From NCBI GenBank assembly GCA_031424895.1, contig JANPIH010000119.1:38441-102440 (forward strand): a stretch of DNA of 64,000 bases, in the 5' to 3' direction. Positions 10,850 through 20,269 of the stretch are shown here, in pieces. Both the position numbers and the translations under genes were made by a program. The notes under the pieces are model-generated. The model had not been told where the DNA came from, searched no databases, and saw only the letters and a program-made list of their open reading frames with translations. The first letter of the stretch is position 1. Each line of letters starts with the position of its first letter. This stretch comes from Rhodospirillales bacterium (GTDB lineage Bacteria; Pseudomonadota; Alphaproteobacteria; Acetobacterales; Acetobacteraceae).

Positions 10850-11772
10850 GCCGCCCCGCGCAGGGCTTGGCCGGCGAACAGCACGCCGACGCCGAGTGCT
10901 GCCAGCAGCGCCGCCAGCGCCATCAGGGCCGGCACCTGCCCCGCCCGTGGCGCCGGCACCAGGGTGCGCAGCAGCGCCACCGCCGCCGCCAGCAGAACCA
11001 TCTTGGCGCCCCAGACCGGCAGGAAGATCAGCCAGTCGCCGATCGTCGTCGCCGGGTCGTGGCGTGGCGGTGGCAGCCCGGGCGGCAGCACCAGGGCGGC
11101 CAGCAATGCAAGCCACACCAGCCGCCGCAGTGCCTCCGCCGCCGCATCCAGCGCGAGATGCCGGCCGGACAGCTCGCCCGGCGCACCGCCGCCATCCGCC
11201 GCCGCGACCAGCAGCAGCGCCAGGCCCAGCGGCAGCAGTGCGGGCAACAGGCCGGGCGCCTCGTCGAACGGCACCTCCAGCACGGCCGGCAAGGCGGTGT
11301 CCCCGGCCGCCAGCGCGAAGGCGAACACCACGCCCAGCAGCGCCGGTGCGGCCAGCGTGGCGCGCGACAGCATGGCGGCGGCGCCGTGGCCTGCGGCGGC
11401 GGTGCCGGAATCCATCGCCCCCAGCACCGCCAGCGCGAGTGCCAGCCCGAGAAGCCCCACGATCACCAGCAGGTCGGCGGCCGGCGCCAGCGCCATGTGC
11501 GGGGTGAAGCTCGGCACCAGCGCGGCCGCCACCGCCAGCACCGCCAGCCGTGCCGCCGGCACCGCCCGCGAGACCGCCGAGACACCTTCACCCATCACCG
11601 GCATCTGCCCCAGGGCGCGCGCCGCGTCCCGCCACGGTTGCAGCACGGAGGGGCCGGCGCGGCCCTGCATGCGGGCCTCGAACCACGCAACCACCCCGGC
11701 CAGCAGCGGTGCCGCGGCCAGCACCAGGGCCAAATGGAGGATCTGGGCGAGGCCGGGCAGCAGCGCGCTCAC
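10846..11772 (-). CDS. NuoH/HyfC(HycD)-like membrane subunit
   Basis: GTG start, VSALLPGLAQILHLALVLAAAPLLAGVVAWFEARMQGRAGPSVLQPWRD, colinear with the HycD N-terminus (..RRGPGVLQ.YRD). GTGA overlap at 11769-11772. Confidence 0.75.
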   Translation of the reverse strand: MSALLPGLAQILHLALVLAAAPLLAGVVAWFEARMQGRAGPSVLQPWRDAARALGQMPVMGEGVSAVSRAVPAARLAVLAVAAALVPSFTPHMALAPAADLLVIVGLLGLALALAVLGAMDSGTAAAGHGAAAMLSRATLAAPALLGVVFAFALAAGDTALPAVLEVPFDEAPGLLPALLPLGLALLLVAAADGGGAPGELSGRHLALDAAAEALRRLVWLALLAALVLPPGLPPPRHDPATTIGDWLIFLPVWGAKMVLLAAAVALLRTLVPAPRAGQVPALMALAALLAALGVGVLFAGQALRGAA

Positions 11773-13580
11773 CACAGCCCGGCTCCATGCAGCGCCAGCA
11801 TCACGACGAGCTTCAGCCCGAGCAGCAGGGGTGCGACGCGGGCTGCGAAGCCCCGGCCGGGCCACGCCGCAAGGCGCTTGAGTGGCCATGAAGGTAGCCG
11901 CAGCCGTGGCAGCCTGTGGCCCAGCGTTCGCGCAAAACCTGCCGCGCCCAACTGCGTCGCCGGGTCGCCGAACGGCAGCCAGGAGGGGGACGGCGACTGC
12001 CCGCCCTCCCACGCCGGGGCCACCCGATGCCCCGCCGGCGCCCGCGCCCGCACCCCCAGCGCCACCACCGCCCCGGCCAGCGCCACCAGCAGTGCCAGGC
12101 CCAGCGGCGCATAGCCCTGCACCGACAGCCAGCCGCCCGGTGCCGCCGCCCCGGCCAGCATCGCCACCGCCGGACCCGCCAGCGCCAGCACGATCCCCGG
12201 CACCAGCCCGCTCAGCGCCAGCACGGCGGAGAAGGCCAGCATCGCCCAGCGCCAGGCCGGCCCGACCTCCTCGGCCGCTGCAGCACGGGGGGAGCGTGGT
12301 CGGCCGAGGAAGGCCACGCCCAGCCCGCGCAGGACCGCGAAGCCCAGCAGCGCCGCCGCCAGCCCCGCCGCCGCGACCACCGCCAGCCCCAGCGCCCACC
12401 ATTCCGCCCCGCCGCCGCGCGGCAGGGTGGTGGCGGCGCGCACCAGCAGCCACAGCCCGGCGAACCCCGCGCCCGGCGGCAGCATCGCCACTGCGAGACA
12501 AGCCGCCGCGGCGGCGGCGAAGGTGAAGCGCATGCGGTGCACCAGCCCGCCCAGCCGCGCGAGCGCCTGCGAGCCGGCGCCGTGTTCCACCGCCCCCGCG
12601 GCCAGCGCGGCCAGCGCCTGCGCCCAGCCGAGCACGGCCATCAGGAACAGCGCCGCGCCCAGCGCCAGCGCCGCCGCCGGCCCGTCATCCACGCCGCGTG
12701 CCGCCACCGCCATGCCGAGGCCCAGCGCCACCAGCCCGCTGCGCGCCACCGCCACCCCGGCCATCGCGCCACGCATGTCCCGCGCCCGTGCCGCCGCAAG
12801 CCCGCCCAGCATCGCCGCCGATCCGCCTGCCATCAGCAGCGGCAGCGCCCAGCCCGGCGCCAGCGGCCCGGCGAGGTCCAGCATGCCGCGCGCCAGGAGA
12901 TACAGTCCCAGCGTCGCCAGCAGTGTGCCCGCCAGCCCGCCGCCCTGCGTGCGCAGTGCGTGCGGCCAGCGATGCAGCGGCGCCAGGGCCGCCAGCGCGC
13001 CGCCCGCCACCAGCACCAGCGCCGGTGCCATCCCCGCGCCGCCCGCCGCCACCTGGGCACGCACCGCGGCGAAGCCCGGATCACCCGCCGGCAAGGCCAG
13101 CCCGATCACCAGCGCCGGCACCGCCACCCCGGCAAGCCAGGCCGGCCGCATGCCCCCGATCGCCAGGCAGGACGCCGCAACACCCAGCGCCAGCATCCCC
13201 GCCTCGGCCGCCAGCACCGCCAGCACCAGGCTGCCCAGCAGCGCGAGCAGCCCCGGCCCGGCGCCGCGCGCCAGCCCCGCCATGCCCACCGGCAGCAGCA
13301 CGACAAGGAAGAACGAGGCCAACCCGTCCAGCGCCAGCACCGGCCGCACCCCGGCCACGGCGAACGGCAACGCCAGCCGCGCCGGCACCGCCCCCAGCAC
13401 CAGATGCGCCAGCGCCGCCACCGTCCCCGCCCCGGCAAGCGCAAGCCCCGCCGCGCGCAGCTTCATGCGCGGCACGAGCGCGGCCAGAAGGGCGAGCACC
13501 ATCAGCACCGCCCCCCCGGCCGCCAGGCCCGGCAACAGGGCGGCACTCACAAGGGCGGAACTGGCCGAGGCGGCGCTCAC
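11769..13580 (-). CDS. NuoL/HyfB-like antiporter-type membrane subunit
   Basis: ~603 aa polytopic protein and first gene of the cluster. The GTG start at 13580 was chosen in frame; the start is uncertain because the ORF is open up to 13742, inside repeat B3. Confidence 0.7.
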   Translation of the reverse strand: MSAASASSALVSAALLPGLAAGGAVLMVLALLAALVPRMKLRAAGLALAGAGTVAALAHLVLGAVPARLALPFAVAGVRPVLALDGLASFFLVVLLPVGMAGLARGAGPGLLALLGSLVLAVLAAEAGMLALGVAASCLAIGGMRPAWLAGVAVPALVIGLALPAGDPGFAAVRAQVAAGGAGMAPALVLVAGGALAALAPLHRWPHALRTQGGGLAGTLLATLGLYLLARGMLDLAGPLAPGWALPLLMAGGSAAMLGGLAAARARDMRGAMAGVAVARSGLVALGLGMAVAARGVDDGPAAALALGAALFLMAVLGWAQALAALAAGAVEHGAGSQALARLGGLVHRMRFTFAAAAAACLAVAMLPPGAGFAGLWLLVRAATTLPRGGGAEWWALGLAVVAAAGLAAALLGFAVLRGLGVAFLGRPRSPRAAAAEEVGPAWRWAMLAFSAVLALSGLVPGIVLALAGPAVAMLAGAAAPGGWLSVQGYAPLGLALLVALAGAVVALGVRARAPAGHRVAPAWEGGQSPSPSWLPFGDPATQLGAAGFARTLGHRLPRLRLPSWPLKRLAAWPGRGFAARVAPLLLGLKLVVMLALHGAGLW

Positions 13581-13683
13581 GGGCCACCTTGGAAGGAGGG
13601 TTCGAACGGCACACCCCGACCCTAGCCGAAGCGGCCCCTGCGCCGGAAGCCGCCCCGGAGGGTGATGCGCTGAAGGATCCAAG

Positions 13684-13835
13684 AAAGGGAAGGCTGGGCT
13701 CTGCCCAGACCCGCCAGGGGCCGAGCCCCTGGACCTCAACATATTCTAATTATTGGGGTTCCAAGGGCCGCCGGCCCTTGGTGGGTCATCCGTGGCGCGG
13801 CTTCGCGCCGCGACGGCAAAGCCCTGGCCTTGCCT
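13684..13835. repeat. Family B element, copy B3
   Basis: GGGAAGGCTGGGCTCTGCCCAGACCCGCCAGGGGCCGAGCCCCTGGACC ... AT-rich loop ... CCAAGGGCCGCCGGCCCTTGG ... CGCGACGGCAAAGCCCTGGCCTTGCC. Confidence 0.85.
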
Positions 13836-13926
13836 ATTTCTGCCCTTTTTTCGCGCCTATGCCTGGGTGACGCCGGGCCGCGCGCCCGCTAAAGGTCCGG
13901 GTTCGCGACGAATGAGGGACGAGGCG

Positions 13927-15354
13927 ATGGACGAACGGTTTCTGCTGGTGGTGTTCGACGGCCTGCGCCCCGACCTGGTGCGGCCCGACACCACCCCCAA
14001 CCTGATGCGCTTCGCCGCCATGGGCATCCGCTTCACGCGTGCCCGCTCCGTCTTTCCCAGCGAGACCCGCGTCTGCTCCGCCACCGTCACCACCGGCTGC
14101 CAGCCGCGCCGGCACGGGCTGGTCGCCAACCGGCTCGCCCATCCGAACGACGCCCATGTTGCCGGCCCGGCCGGGCGCACCGTCGATACAAGCCAGATGG
14201 CCAACCTGCTGGCCATGGAACAGGAGATGGGCGCGCCGCTGCTGGAGATGCCCGGCCTGGGCGCCCGCCTGGCCGCCGCCGGGCGCGACTTCGCGGTGCT
14301 GTCCAGCGGCAGCACCGGGCAGAGCCACGTGCTGAACCCCGACGCGGTTGCCCTGAACCAGCTGACGCTTTCGGTCCATGGCGCGCAGGCCTGCTCGCCC
14401 AAGGGGGCCGCGCTGCTCGCTACGCTCGACCCGCCGCCCGCCGATGGGGCCGGGCGCGCCGAGTGGATCGCCGAGGTGTTCCGCACCCGGTTCCTGCCCG
14501 ATCCGCCCGCCGCGACCCTGCTGTGGCTGTGCGAGCCGGACACCTCCGGCCACTACCAGGGGCTCGGCAGTGCCGCGAACCTCGCCGCCCTGAAGCGCGC
14601 CGACGCCGCCTTCGGCCGCATCCTGGATGATTGGCAGGCAGGGCCGATGAAGGAGCGGCTGCACATCATGGCCGCCTCCGACCACGGCCACGCCACCATT
14701 ACCGGCACCATCCAAGCCGCCCCGCTGTTCGCCGCAGAGCCTGCCTTCGCCCCTTGCCGCCTGATCCCCGGGGCCAGCGGCGGCGTGGTGGTGCCCGGCG
14801 GGGATGCCGCCCTGATCGCCGAGGTCGCCGCCTGGCTCATCCGCCAGGACTGGATCGGCCAGGTCTTTGCCGCCGACGGGGCCGACCTGCCCCCCGGCGT
14901 GCTGCCGCGCAGCGCCGTGCTGGTGGACCACATCCGCGCCGCCGAGGTGCTGTTCACCCTGCGCGCCGGCGCCGGGCCCGCCCCCTCCGGCCTGCCAGGC
15001 GTGACGCTCAACGACGGCGCGCTGCCGATCGGCGGCGGCACCCATGGCGGGCTGACGGCCGCCGAGATGTCGATCGTCATGATGATCGCCGGCCCCCGCG
15101 CCCGCGGCGGCGTGCTGAGCGAATGGCCGGCGGGCCTGGCCGACATCGCGCCGACGGTGCTCTCCCTGCTCGGCATCCCCGGCGGCGAGGCGATGGACGG
15201 GCGGGTGCTGGCCGAGGCGTTCGAGTCGCCGGGCATCCCTGTCGCCGCCCCGGCGCTGGAAACCTGGGAGCCCGCCGACGGCGCCTATGGCCAGCGCCTG
15301 GCCCGCACCCGCTTCGGCCGCCATACCTATATCGACTTCGGCGAGCGCCGGTAG
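13927..15354 (+). CDS. alkaline-phosphatase-superfamily nucleotide pyrophosphatase/phosphodiesterase-like protein
   Basis: Starts MDERFLLVVFDGLRPDLVRPDTTPNL... (FDGLRPD metal-site motif). An alternative ATG lies at 13912. Confidence 0.75.
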   Translation: MDERFLLVVFDGLRPDLVRPDTTPNLMRFAAMGIRFTRARSVFPSETRVCSATVTTGCQPRRHGLVANRLAHPNDAHVAGPAGRTVDTSQMANLLAMEQEMGAPLLEMPGLGARLAAAGRDFAVLSSGSTGQSHVLNPDAVALNQLTLSVHGAQACSPKGAALLATLDPPPADGAGRAEWIAEVFRTRFLPDPPAATLLWLCEPDTSGHYQGLGSAANLAALKRADAAFGRILDDWQAGPMKERLHIMAASDHGHATITGTIQAAPLFAAEPAFAPCRLIPGASGGVVVPGGDAALIAEVAAWLIRQDWIGQVFAADGADLPPGVLPRSAVLVDHIRAAEVLFTLRAGAGPAPSGLPGVTLNDGALPIGGGTHGGLTAAEMSIVMMIAGPRARGGVLSEWPAGLADIAPTVLSLLGIPGGEAMDGRVLAEAFESPGIPVAAPALETWEPADGAYGQRLARTRFGRHTYIDFGERR

Positions 15355-15404
15355 CCACCGACGACCGTGGGCATCCAGGCGGTGCGACCCCACGTAACAC
15401 CGCC

Positions 15405-16289
15405 ATGATGACCCTCCGCTCCCTCCGCCGTATCGGCGCGTGCTGGCTTCCCCTGCTCGGCCTGCTCGCCGCCATCCCCGGCTGCGCGCCGCTGGACCTG
15501 CTGAACCGCACCGTCGACCAGGAGGGCGGCCTGGCGATCCGCCGCGACATCGCCTATGGCCCGCATCCGCGCCAGGCGATGGATGTCTGGCGCCCGGCGG
15601 CGGCCGACACCGCGCTGCCGGTGGTGGTGTTCTTCTATGGCGGCTCCTGGCAGAGCGGCAGCCGCACCGAATATCCCTTCGTTGCCGCCGACCTTGCCCG
15701 GCGCGGCCATGTGGTGGTGGTGCCCGACTATCGCCTGCACCCCGAGGCGAGCTTCCCCGCCTTTCTGGAGGATGGCGCCGCCGCCGTCGCCGCTGCCCGC
15801 CGCCGCGCCGCGGAGTGGGGCGGCGATCCGCGCCGGCTGGTGCTGATGGGCCATTCCGCCGGCGCCCACATCGCCGCCATGCTGGCGCTGGACCCGCGCT
15901 GGCTCGCCGCCGCCGGGGACAGCAGCGACAGCGTTGCCGGGCTGGTGGGTCTTGCCGGGCCGTACGACTTCCTGCCGATCACCGGGCGCGGCGTGCGCGC
16001 CGTGTTCGCCCCCGCCGCCGACCTGCGGCAGACCCAGCCGATCACCTTCGCCAGCGCAGCCGCCCCGCCCGCCCTGCTGCTGCACGGCGGCGACGACACC
16101 ACCGTGCTGCCGCGCAACAGCCGCGCCCTGGCCGCGCGCATCACCGAGGCCGGCGGGCGGGCGGACCTGCGCATCTATGACGGCGTCGGCCATATCGGCA
16201 TCGTGCTCGGCTTCGCCCGCGCCTTCCGCGGCTGGTCTCCGGCGCTGGAGGACAGCGTGGGCTTCATCGCCACCCTTCCGGCGCGCTAG
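15405..16289 (+). CDS. alpha/beta-hydrolase lipoprotein (esterase-like)
   Basis: Starts MMTLRSLRRIGACWLPLLGLLAAIPGC (lipobox). Also has FFYGGSW and the GHSAG nucleophile elbow. Confidence 0.8.
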   Translation: MMTLRSLRRIGACWLPLLGLLAAIPGCAPLDLLNRTVDQEGGLAIRRDIAYGPHPRQAMDVWRPAAADTALPVVVFFYGGSWQSGSRTEYPFVAADLARRGHVVVVPDYRLHPEASFPAFLEDGAAAVAAARRRAAEWGGDPRRLVLMGHSAGAHIAAMLALDPRWLAAAGDSSDSVAGLVGLAGPYDFLPITGRGVRAVFAPAADLRQTQPITFASAAAPPALLLHGGDDTTVLPRNSRALAARITEAGGRADLRIYDGVGHIGIVLGFARAFRGWSPALEDSVGFIATLPAR

Positions 16290-16322
16290 AGTATCGGCTC
16301 GTCTTCCGGTGACCCCCCGCGC

Positions 16323-17351
16323 GTGAGCCCGCCCCCCACCTTGTTGCCCCCCACCCTGTTGCCCCCCACCCTGTTGACGGGCGCCACCGGCTTCGTCGGC
16401 TCGGCCGTGGCGCGCGCGCTACTGGCCCGCGGGCATCGGGTGCGCGCCCTGGTGCGGCCCGGCGGCGACCGGCGCAACCTCGCCGGGCTCGACCTGGAGC
16501 TGGTCGAGGGCGACCTGTCCGACCCCGCCTCGCTGGCCCGCGCCGTCGCCGGCTGCCGCTTCGTGCTGCATGTGGCGGCCGACTACCGCATCTGGGTGCC
16601 GGACCCGGCGGCAATGCTGCGCGCCAACGTGGACGGCACGGTGGCCCTGCTGCGCGCCGCCCATGCCGCCGGGGCGGAGCGCATCGTGCATTGCAGTTCG
16701 GTCGCCGCCCTGGGCCTGACGCAAGACGGCAGCGCCGCCGACGAGACCACGCCGGTTTCGGAGGACAGCGTCGTCGGCACCTACAAGAAGTCGAAATACC
16801 GCGCCGAGCAGGCGGTGCTGCGCCTGGTTCGCGAGGAGGGCGTTCCGGCCGTTATTGTCAACCCGGCCGCCCCGATCGGCCCGCGCGACATCAAGCCCAC
16901 CCCCACCGGCCGCATGATCGCCGACGCCGCCGCCGGGCGCATGCCGGCCTATATCGACACCGGCCTGTGCGTGGTGCACGTGGACGACGTCGCCGAGGGC
17001 CACCTGCTTGCCCTCGAACACGGCCGGATCGGCGAGCGCTATATCCTGGGCGCCGAAAATCTTTCGCTGTTCGACATCCTGCGGATGGTGGCCGAGGAAG
17101 CCGGCCGGCGGCCGCCTTCCATCCGCCTTCCCGCCCCCCTGCTCTGGCCGGTGGCGCTGGCCTGCGAGGGTTTGGCCCGCTTCGGCTTCGAGCCCCTGGT
17201 CACCCGCGATCATTTGCGCATGGCACGCAAGAAGATGTTCTTCTCGTCGGCCAAGGCCGCGCGGGAGCTTGGCTATGCCCCCCGTCCGGTGCGCGAGGCG
17301 ATCGCCGATGCCGTTGCCTGGTTCCGCGCCCATGGCAGGGTGCCGGCGTGA
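16323..17351 (+). CDS. hpnA: hopanoid-associated sugar epimerase (NAD-dependent epimerase/dehydratase)
   Basis: [28 protein letters not shown] Rossmann motif. Sits first in an hpn cluster. The true start could be any TTG/CTG within the 15-bp repeat. Confidence 0.85.
   Translation: MSPPPTLLPPTLLPPTLLTGATGFVGSAVARALLARGHRVRALVRPGGDRRNLAGLDLELVEGDLSDPASLARAVAGCRFVLHVAADYRIWVPDPAAMLRANVDGTVALLRAAHAAGAERIVHCSSVAALGLTQDGSAADETTPVSEDSVVGTYKKSKYRAEQAVLRLVREEGVPAVIVNPAAPIGPRDIKPTPTGRMIADAAAGRMPAYIDTGLCVVHVDDVAEGHLLALEHGRIGERYILGAENLSLFDILRMVAEEAGRRPPSIRLPAPLLWPVALACEGLARFGFEPLVTRDHLRMARKKMFFSSAKAARELGYAPRPVREAIADAVAWFRAHGRVPA
16332..16376 (+). repeat. 15-bp tandem repeat x3 (CCCCCCACC[TC]TGTTG) encoding PPTLL x3 at the 5' end of hpnA
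   Basis: Three contiguous in-frame units read directly from the sequence. The last TTG is followed by the canonical [10 protein letters not shown]-terminus. Confidence 0.9.
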
Positions 17352-18457
17352 TCGCCGCCCTGGTGCTGCTGGCCTGGGCCTGGCTGCTCGCGTTGCACGG
17401 GCGGTTCTGGCAGTCCGGCCCTGCGCTCGCCCCCATGCGCCCCGCCTATGCCCCGCCGGTTGCCATCGTGGTGCCGGCCCGCGACGAGGCCGCCGTCATC
17501 GCGCGCAGCCTTTGTTCCCTGCTGGAGCAGGACTATCCCGGGCCATTGCACATCGTGCTGGTGGATGACGGCTCCGCGGACGGCACGGCCCGCATTGCCC
17601 GCGCACTCCCTGGCGCAGAACGGCTCACCATCATCCCCGGCCGTCCCCGCCCCGCCGGGTGGGTGGGGAAGCTCTGGGCGGTCCACCAGGGCGTCGCCGC
17701 CACCGACGAGCCCCTCGTCCTGCTGACCGACGCGGACATCGTGCACGACCCCGCCCACCTCGCCACCCTGGTCGCCCAGCAGGAGCGCACCGGCTGCGAC
17801 CTGGTCAGCGAGATGGTGCGGCTGAACACCGAGAGCCTGGCCGAGCGCGCGCTGATCCCCGCCTTCGTCTATTTCTTCCAGCTGCTCTACCCCTTCGCCC
17901 GCGTGAACGACCCACTGAATGCCACCGCCGCTGCAGCCGGTGGCACCGTGCTGGTCAGCCGCGCGGCGCTGGCCCGCATCGGCGGCATCCCCGCCATCGC
18001 CGACCGGCTGATCGACGATTGCGCGCTGGCGGCGAAGGTGAAGCAGGGCGGGCGTATCTGGCTCGGCCACAGCGACCTCGCCCGCTCCATCCGGCCCTAT
18101 CCCGGCGCCGGCAGCATTTGGGCCATGGTCGCCCGCTCGGCCTATGTTCAGCTGCGCCATTCGCCGATGCTGCTGTCGGGCACGCTGCTCGGCCTTGCCC
18201 TGGTGTTCCTTGCCCCGCCGGCCCTCGCCCTGTTCGCCGATGGCAACCAGCGCCTTGCCGGCCTGCTCGCCTGGGCCGCCATGGCCGCCAGCTTCCTGCC
18301 CACCCTGCGCCGCCATGGCCGCGCCCGGCGCTGGGCGCCGCTCCTGCCGCTCATCGCCTTGTTCTACATGGCTGCCACGCTGGGGGCTGCCTGGAGCCAC
18401 CATTTCGGCCGCGGCGTCGCCTGGAAGGGCCGCGCCTATGAGGCCGGTCGCGCATGA
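17348..18457 (+). CDS. hpnB: hopanoid-biosynthesis-associated glycosyltransferase (GT2)
   Basis: GTG start overlaps the hpnA stop (GTGA). Motifs VPARDE...[11 protein letters not shown] and TDADI. Membrane C-terminus. Confidence 0.85.
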   Translation: MIAALVLLAWAWLLALHGRFWQSGPALAPMRPAYAPPVAIVVPARDEAAVIARSLCSLLEQDYPGPLHIVLVDDGSADGTARIARALPGAERLTIIPGRPRPAGWVGKLWAVHQGVAATDEPLVLLTDADIVHDPAHLATLVAQQERTGCDLVSEMVRLNTESLAERALIPAFVYFFQLLYPFARVNDPLNATAAAAGGTVLVSRAALARIGGIPAIADRLIDDCALAAKVKQGGRIWLGHSDLARSIRPYPGAGSIWAMVARSAYVQLRHSPMLLSGTLLGLALVFLAPPALALFADGNQRLAGLLAWAAMAASFLPTLRRHGRARRWAPLLPLIALFYMAATLGAAWSHHFGRGVAWKGRAYEAGRA

Positions 18458-19293
18458 ACGACAACGTGCCCGAGAATGTGGAAGCGTGGTCCGGGAAGTC
18501 GCGCGGCGACGAGAACTTCCCCGTTGGTTCCGCGCTGATCAGCGCCCGGCTGCGCCCGCATGTTCACGCCTATTACGCCTTTGCCCGCAACGCCGACGAC
18601 ATCGCCGACAGCCCCGACCTTGCCGCACCCGACAAGGTCCGCCGCCTCGATGTGATGGAGGACGTGCTGCTGGGAGCCCGCAACACCGGCAGCCCCAGCG
18701 CGCTTGGGCTGCGCGCCAGCCTTGCCGAGACCGGCATCGATCCGCGCCACGCCACCGACCTGCTGGTCGCCTTCCGCCAGGATGCCACCAAGCTCCGCTA
18801 CGCGAACTGGGCCGAACTGCTCGACTACTGCCGCTTCTCCGCCATGCCGGTCGGCCGCCACGTGCTGTGCCTGCACGGCGAATCCGAAGACACCTTCCCC
18901 GCGTCGGATGCGCTTTGCGCCTCGCTCCAGGTGCTCAACCACCTCCAGGACCTGCAGAAGGACCTGTTGGCGCTCGACCGTTGTTACCTTCCGCAAACCC
19001 TGCTCGACCGCCATGGCACCGGCATCGACGACCTTTCCCGCCCCACCGCCACCGCGGGCATGCGCGCGGTCATCGACGCGCTGCTCGACGAATGCGACGT
19101 GCTGAACCGCACCGCGCGCGCCCTGCCCGACCGCGTGCGCGACCGCCGCCTGCGCCTGGAGGTCGCCGTCATCGTCGGCCTCGCCGAACGCCTTGCCGCC
19201 CGCCTGCGCCGCCGCGACCCGCTCGCCCGCCGCGTTCGGCTTACCCGGCGGAATGCCGTGGGGGCGCTGCTCGCGGCGCTGCGCCACTGGTGA
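18454..19293 (+). CDS. hpnC: squalene synthase HpnC (hydroxysqualene synthase)
   Basis: ATGA overlap with hpnB. ENFPVGS...YAFARNADDIAD trans-isoprenyl diphosphate synthase motif. Confidence 0.9.
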   Translation: MNDNVPENVEAWSGKSRGDENFPVGSALISARLRPHVHAYYAFARNADDIADSPDLAAPDKVRRLDVMEDVLLGARNTGSPSALGLRASLAETGIDPRHATDLLVAFRQDATKLRYANWAELLDYCRFSAMPVGRHVLCLHGESEDTFPASDALCASLQVLNHLQDLQKDLLALDRCYLPQTLLDRHGTGIDDLSRPTATAGMRAVIDALLDECDVLNRTARALPDRVRDRRLRLEVAVIVGLAERLAARLRRRDPLARRVRLTRRNAVGALLAALRHW

Positions 19294-20123
19294 GCACCGA
19301 CGCCGAAACAGTCGAGGCCATCGTCCGCGCCGCCGGCACCAGCTTTCACCGCGGCATGGCGATCCTGCCGCCGCCGCGGCGCCGGGCGATGTACGCCATC
19401 TACGCCTTCTGCCGCATCGTCGACGACATCGCCGACGAGGACTCCCCCTTCGAAGCCCGCAAGCCCCGCCTGGAGGAATGGCGCGCCCATATCGCCGCCC
19501 TCTACCGGGGCGAGACGCACGACGCCGTCACCCGCGAACTCCGGCGGGCCATCGAGGCCTATGCCCTGAAACGCGCGGATTTCGACGCCGTGATCGACGG
19601 CATGGCGATGGACGCCGAGGCCCCCGTCGTCGCACCCGACGAAGCCACGCTGGACCTCTATTGCGACCGCGTCGCCGCCGCCGTCGGCCGCCTTTCCGTC
19701 CGCGCCTTCGGCGATGCCTCGCCCGCCGCCGACCACGTGGCCCACCACCTCGGGCGCGCCTTGCAACTCACCAACATTCTCCGCGATATCCACGAGGACG
19801 CGCAGCGCCAGCGCCTGTATCTGCCGCGCGAGCTGCTCGCCGCCCATGCCATCCCGCGCGACCCGCTTGCGGCGCTCGTCCACCCCGCGCTGCCGCAGGT
19901 TTGCGCAACCCTCGCCGCCCGCGCCCGCCAGCATTTCGAAAGCGCATCGGCGGGGATGGCCCGGTGCGACCGCCGCGCCATGAAACCCGCCCGCCTGATG
20001 GGCGCCACCTATGCCGCCATTCTCGCACGGCTCGAAGCGCGCGGCTGGCATCGGCTTGACCAACCCGTGAAACTCTCGAAATGGGCCAAGCTGCGCATCG
20101 CGTTGCGGCATCTGCTGAGGTAG
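19290..20123 (+). CDS. hpnD: presqualene diphosphate synthase HpnD
   Basis: GTG start overlaps the hpnC stop (GTGA). SFHRGMAILPPPRRRAMYAIYAFCRIVDDIADE. Confidence 0.9.
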   Translation: MSTDAETVEAIVRAAGTSFHRGMAILPPPRRRAMYAIYAFCRIVDDIADEDSPFEARKPRLEEWRAHIAALYRGETHDAVTRELRRAIEAYALKRADFDAVIDGMAMDAEAPVVAPDEATLDLYCDRVAAAVGRLSVRAFGDASPAADHVAHHLGRALQLTNILRDIHEDAQRQRLYLPRELLAAHAIPRDPLAALVHPALPQVCATLAARARQHFESASAGMARCDRRAMKPARLMGATYAAILARLEARGWHRLDQPVKLSKWAKLRIALRHLLR

Positions 20124-20262
20124 AAGGAAAGCATGTTCTTTTTTGAAAAAAAGAACCAAAAAACTTTCGTCCCTTTGCACCGTGTCCGACCGGGAGCCGC
20201 GGTGCAAAGTGGAAAAAGTCTTTTTGCTTCTTTTTCTTCAGAAAAAGAAGATTCTTTCTTGC
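20124..20262. repeat. Family A element, copy A2 (H1+H2), between hpnD and hpnE
   Basis: H1 at 20135-20156 and H2 at 20227-20250. Central stem CTTTGCACCG/CGGTGCAAAG. Begins immediately after the hpnD TAG (20121-20123). Confidence 0.9.
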
Positions 20263-20269
20263 TGTTCCC

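Noticed and set aside
7019-13580. Calling the cluster a functional [NiFe] hydrogenase-4 / formate hydrogenlyase
   Set aside because: The large subunit lacks both CxxC ligand pairs, and no HycF-type subunit, maturation genes or formate dehydrogenase are present. It is annotated instead as hydrogenase-related (Ehr-like).
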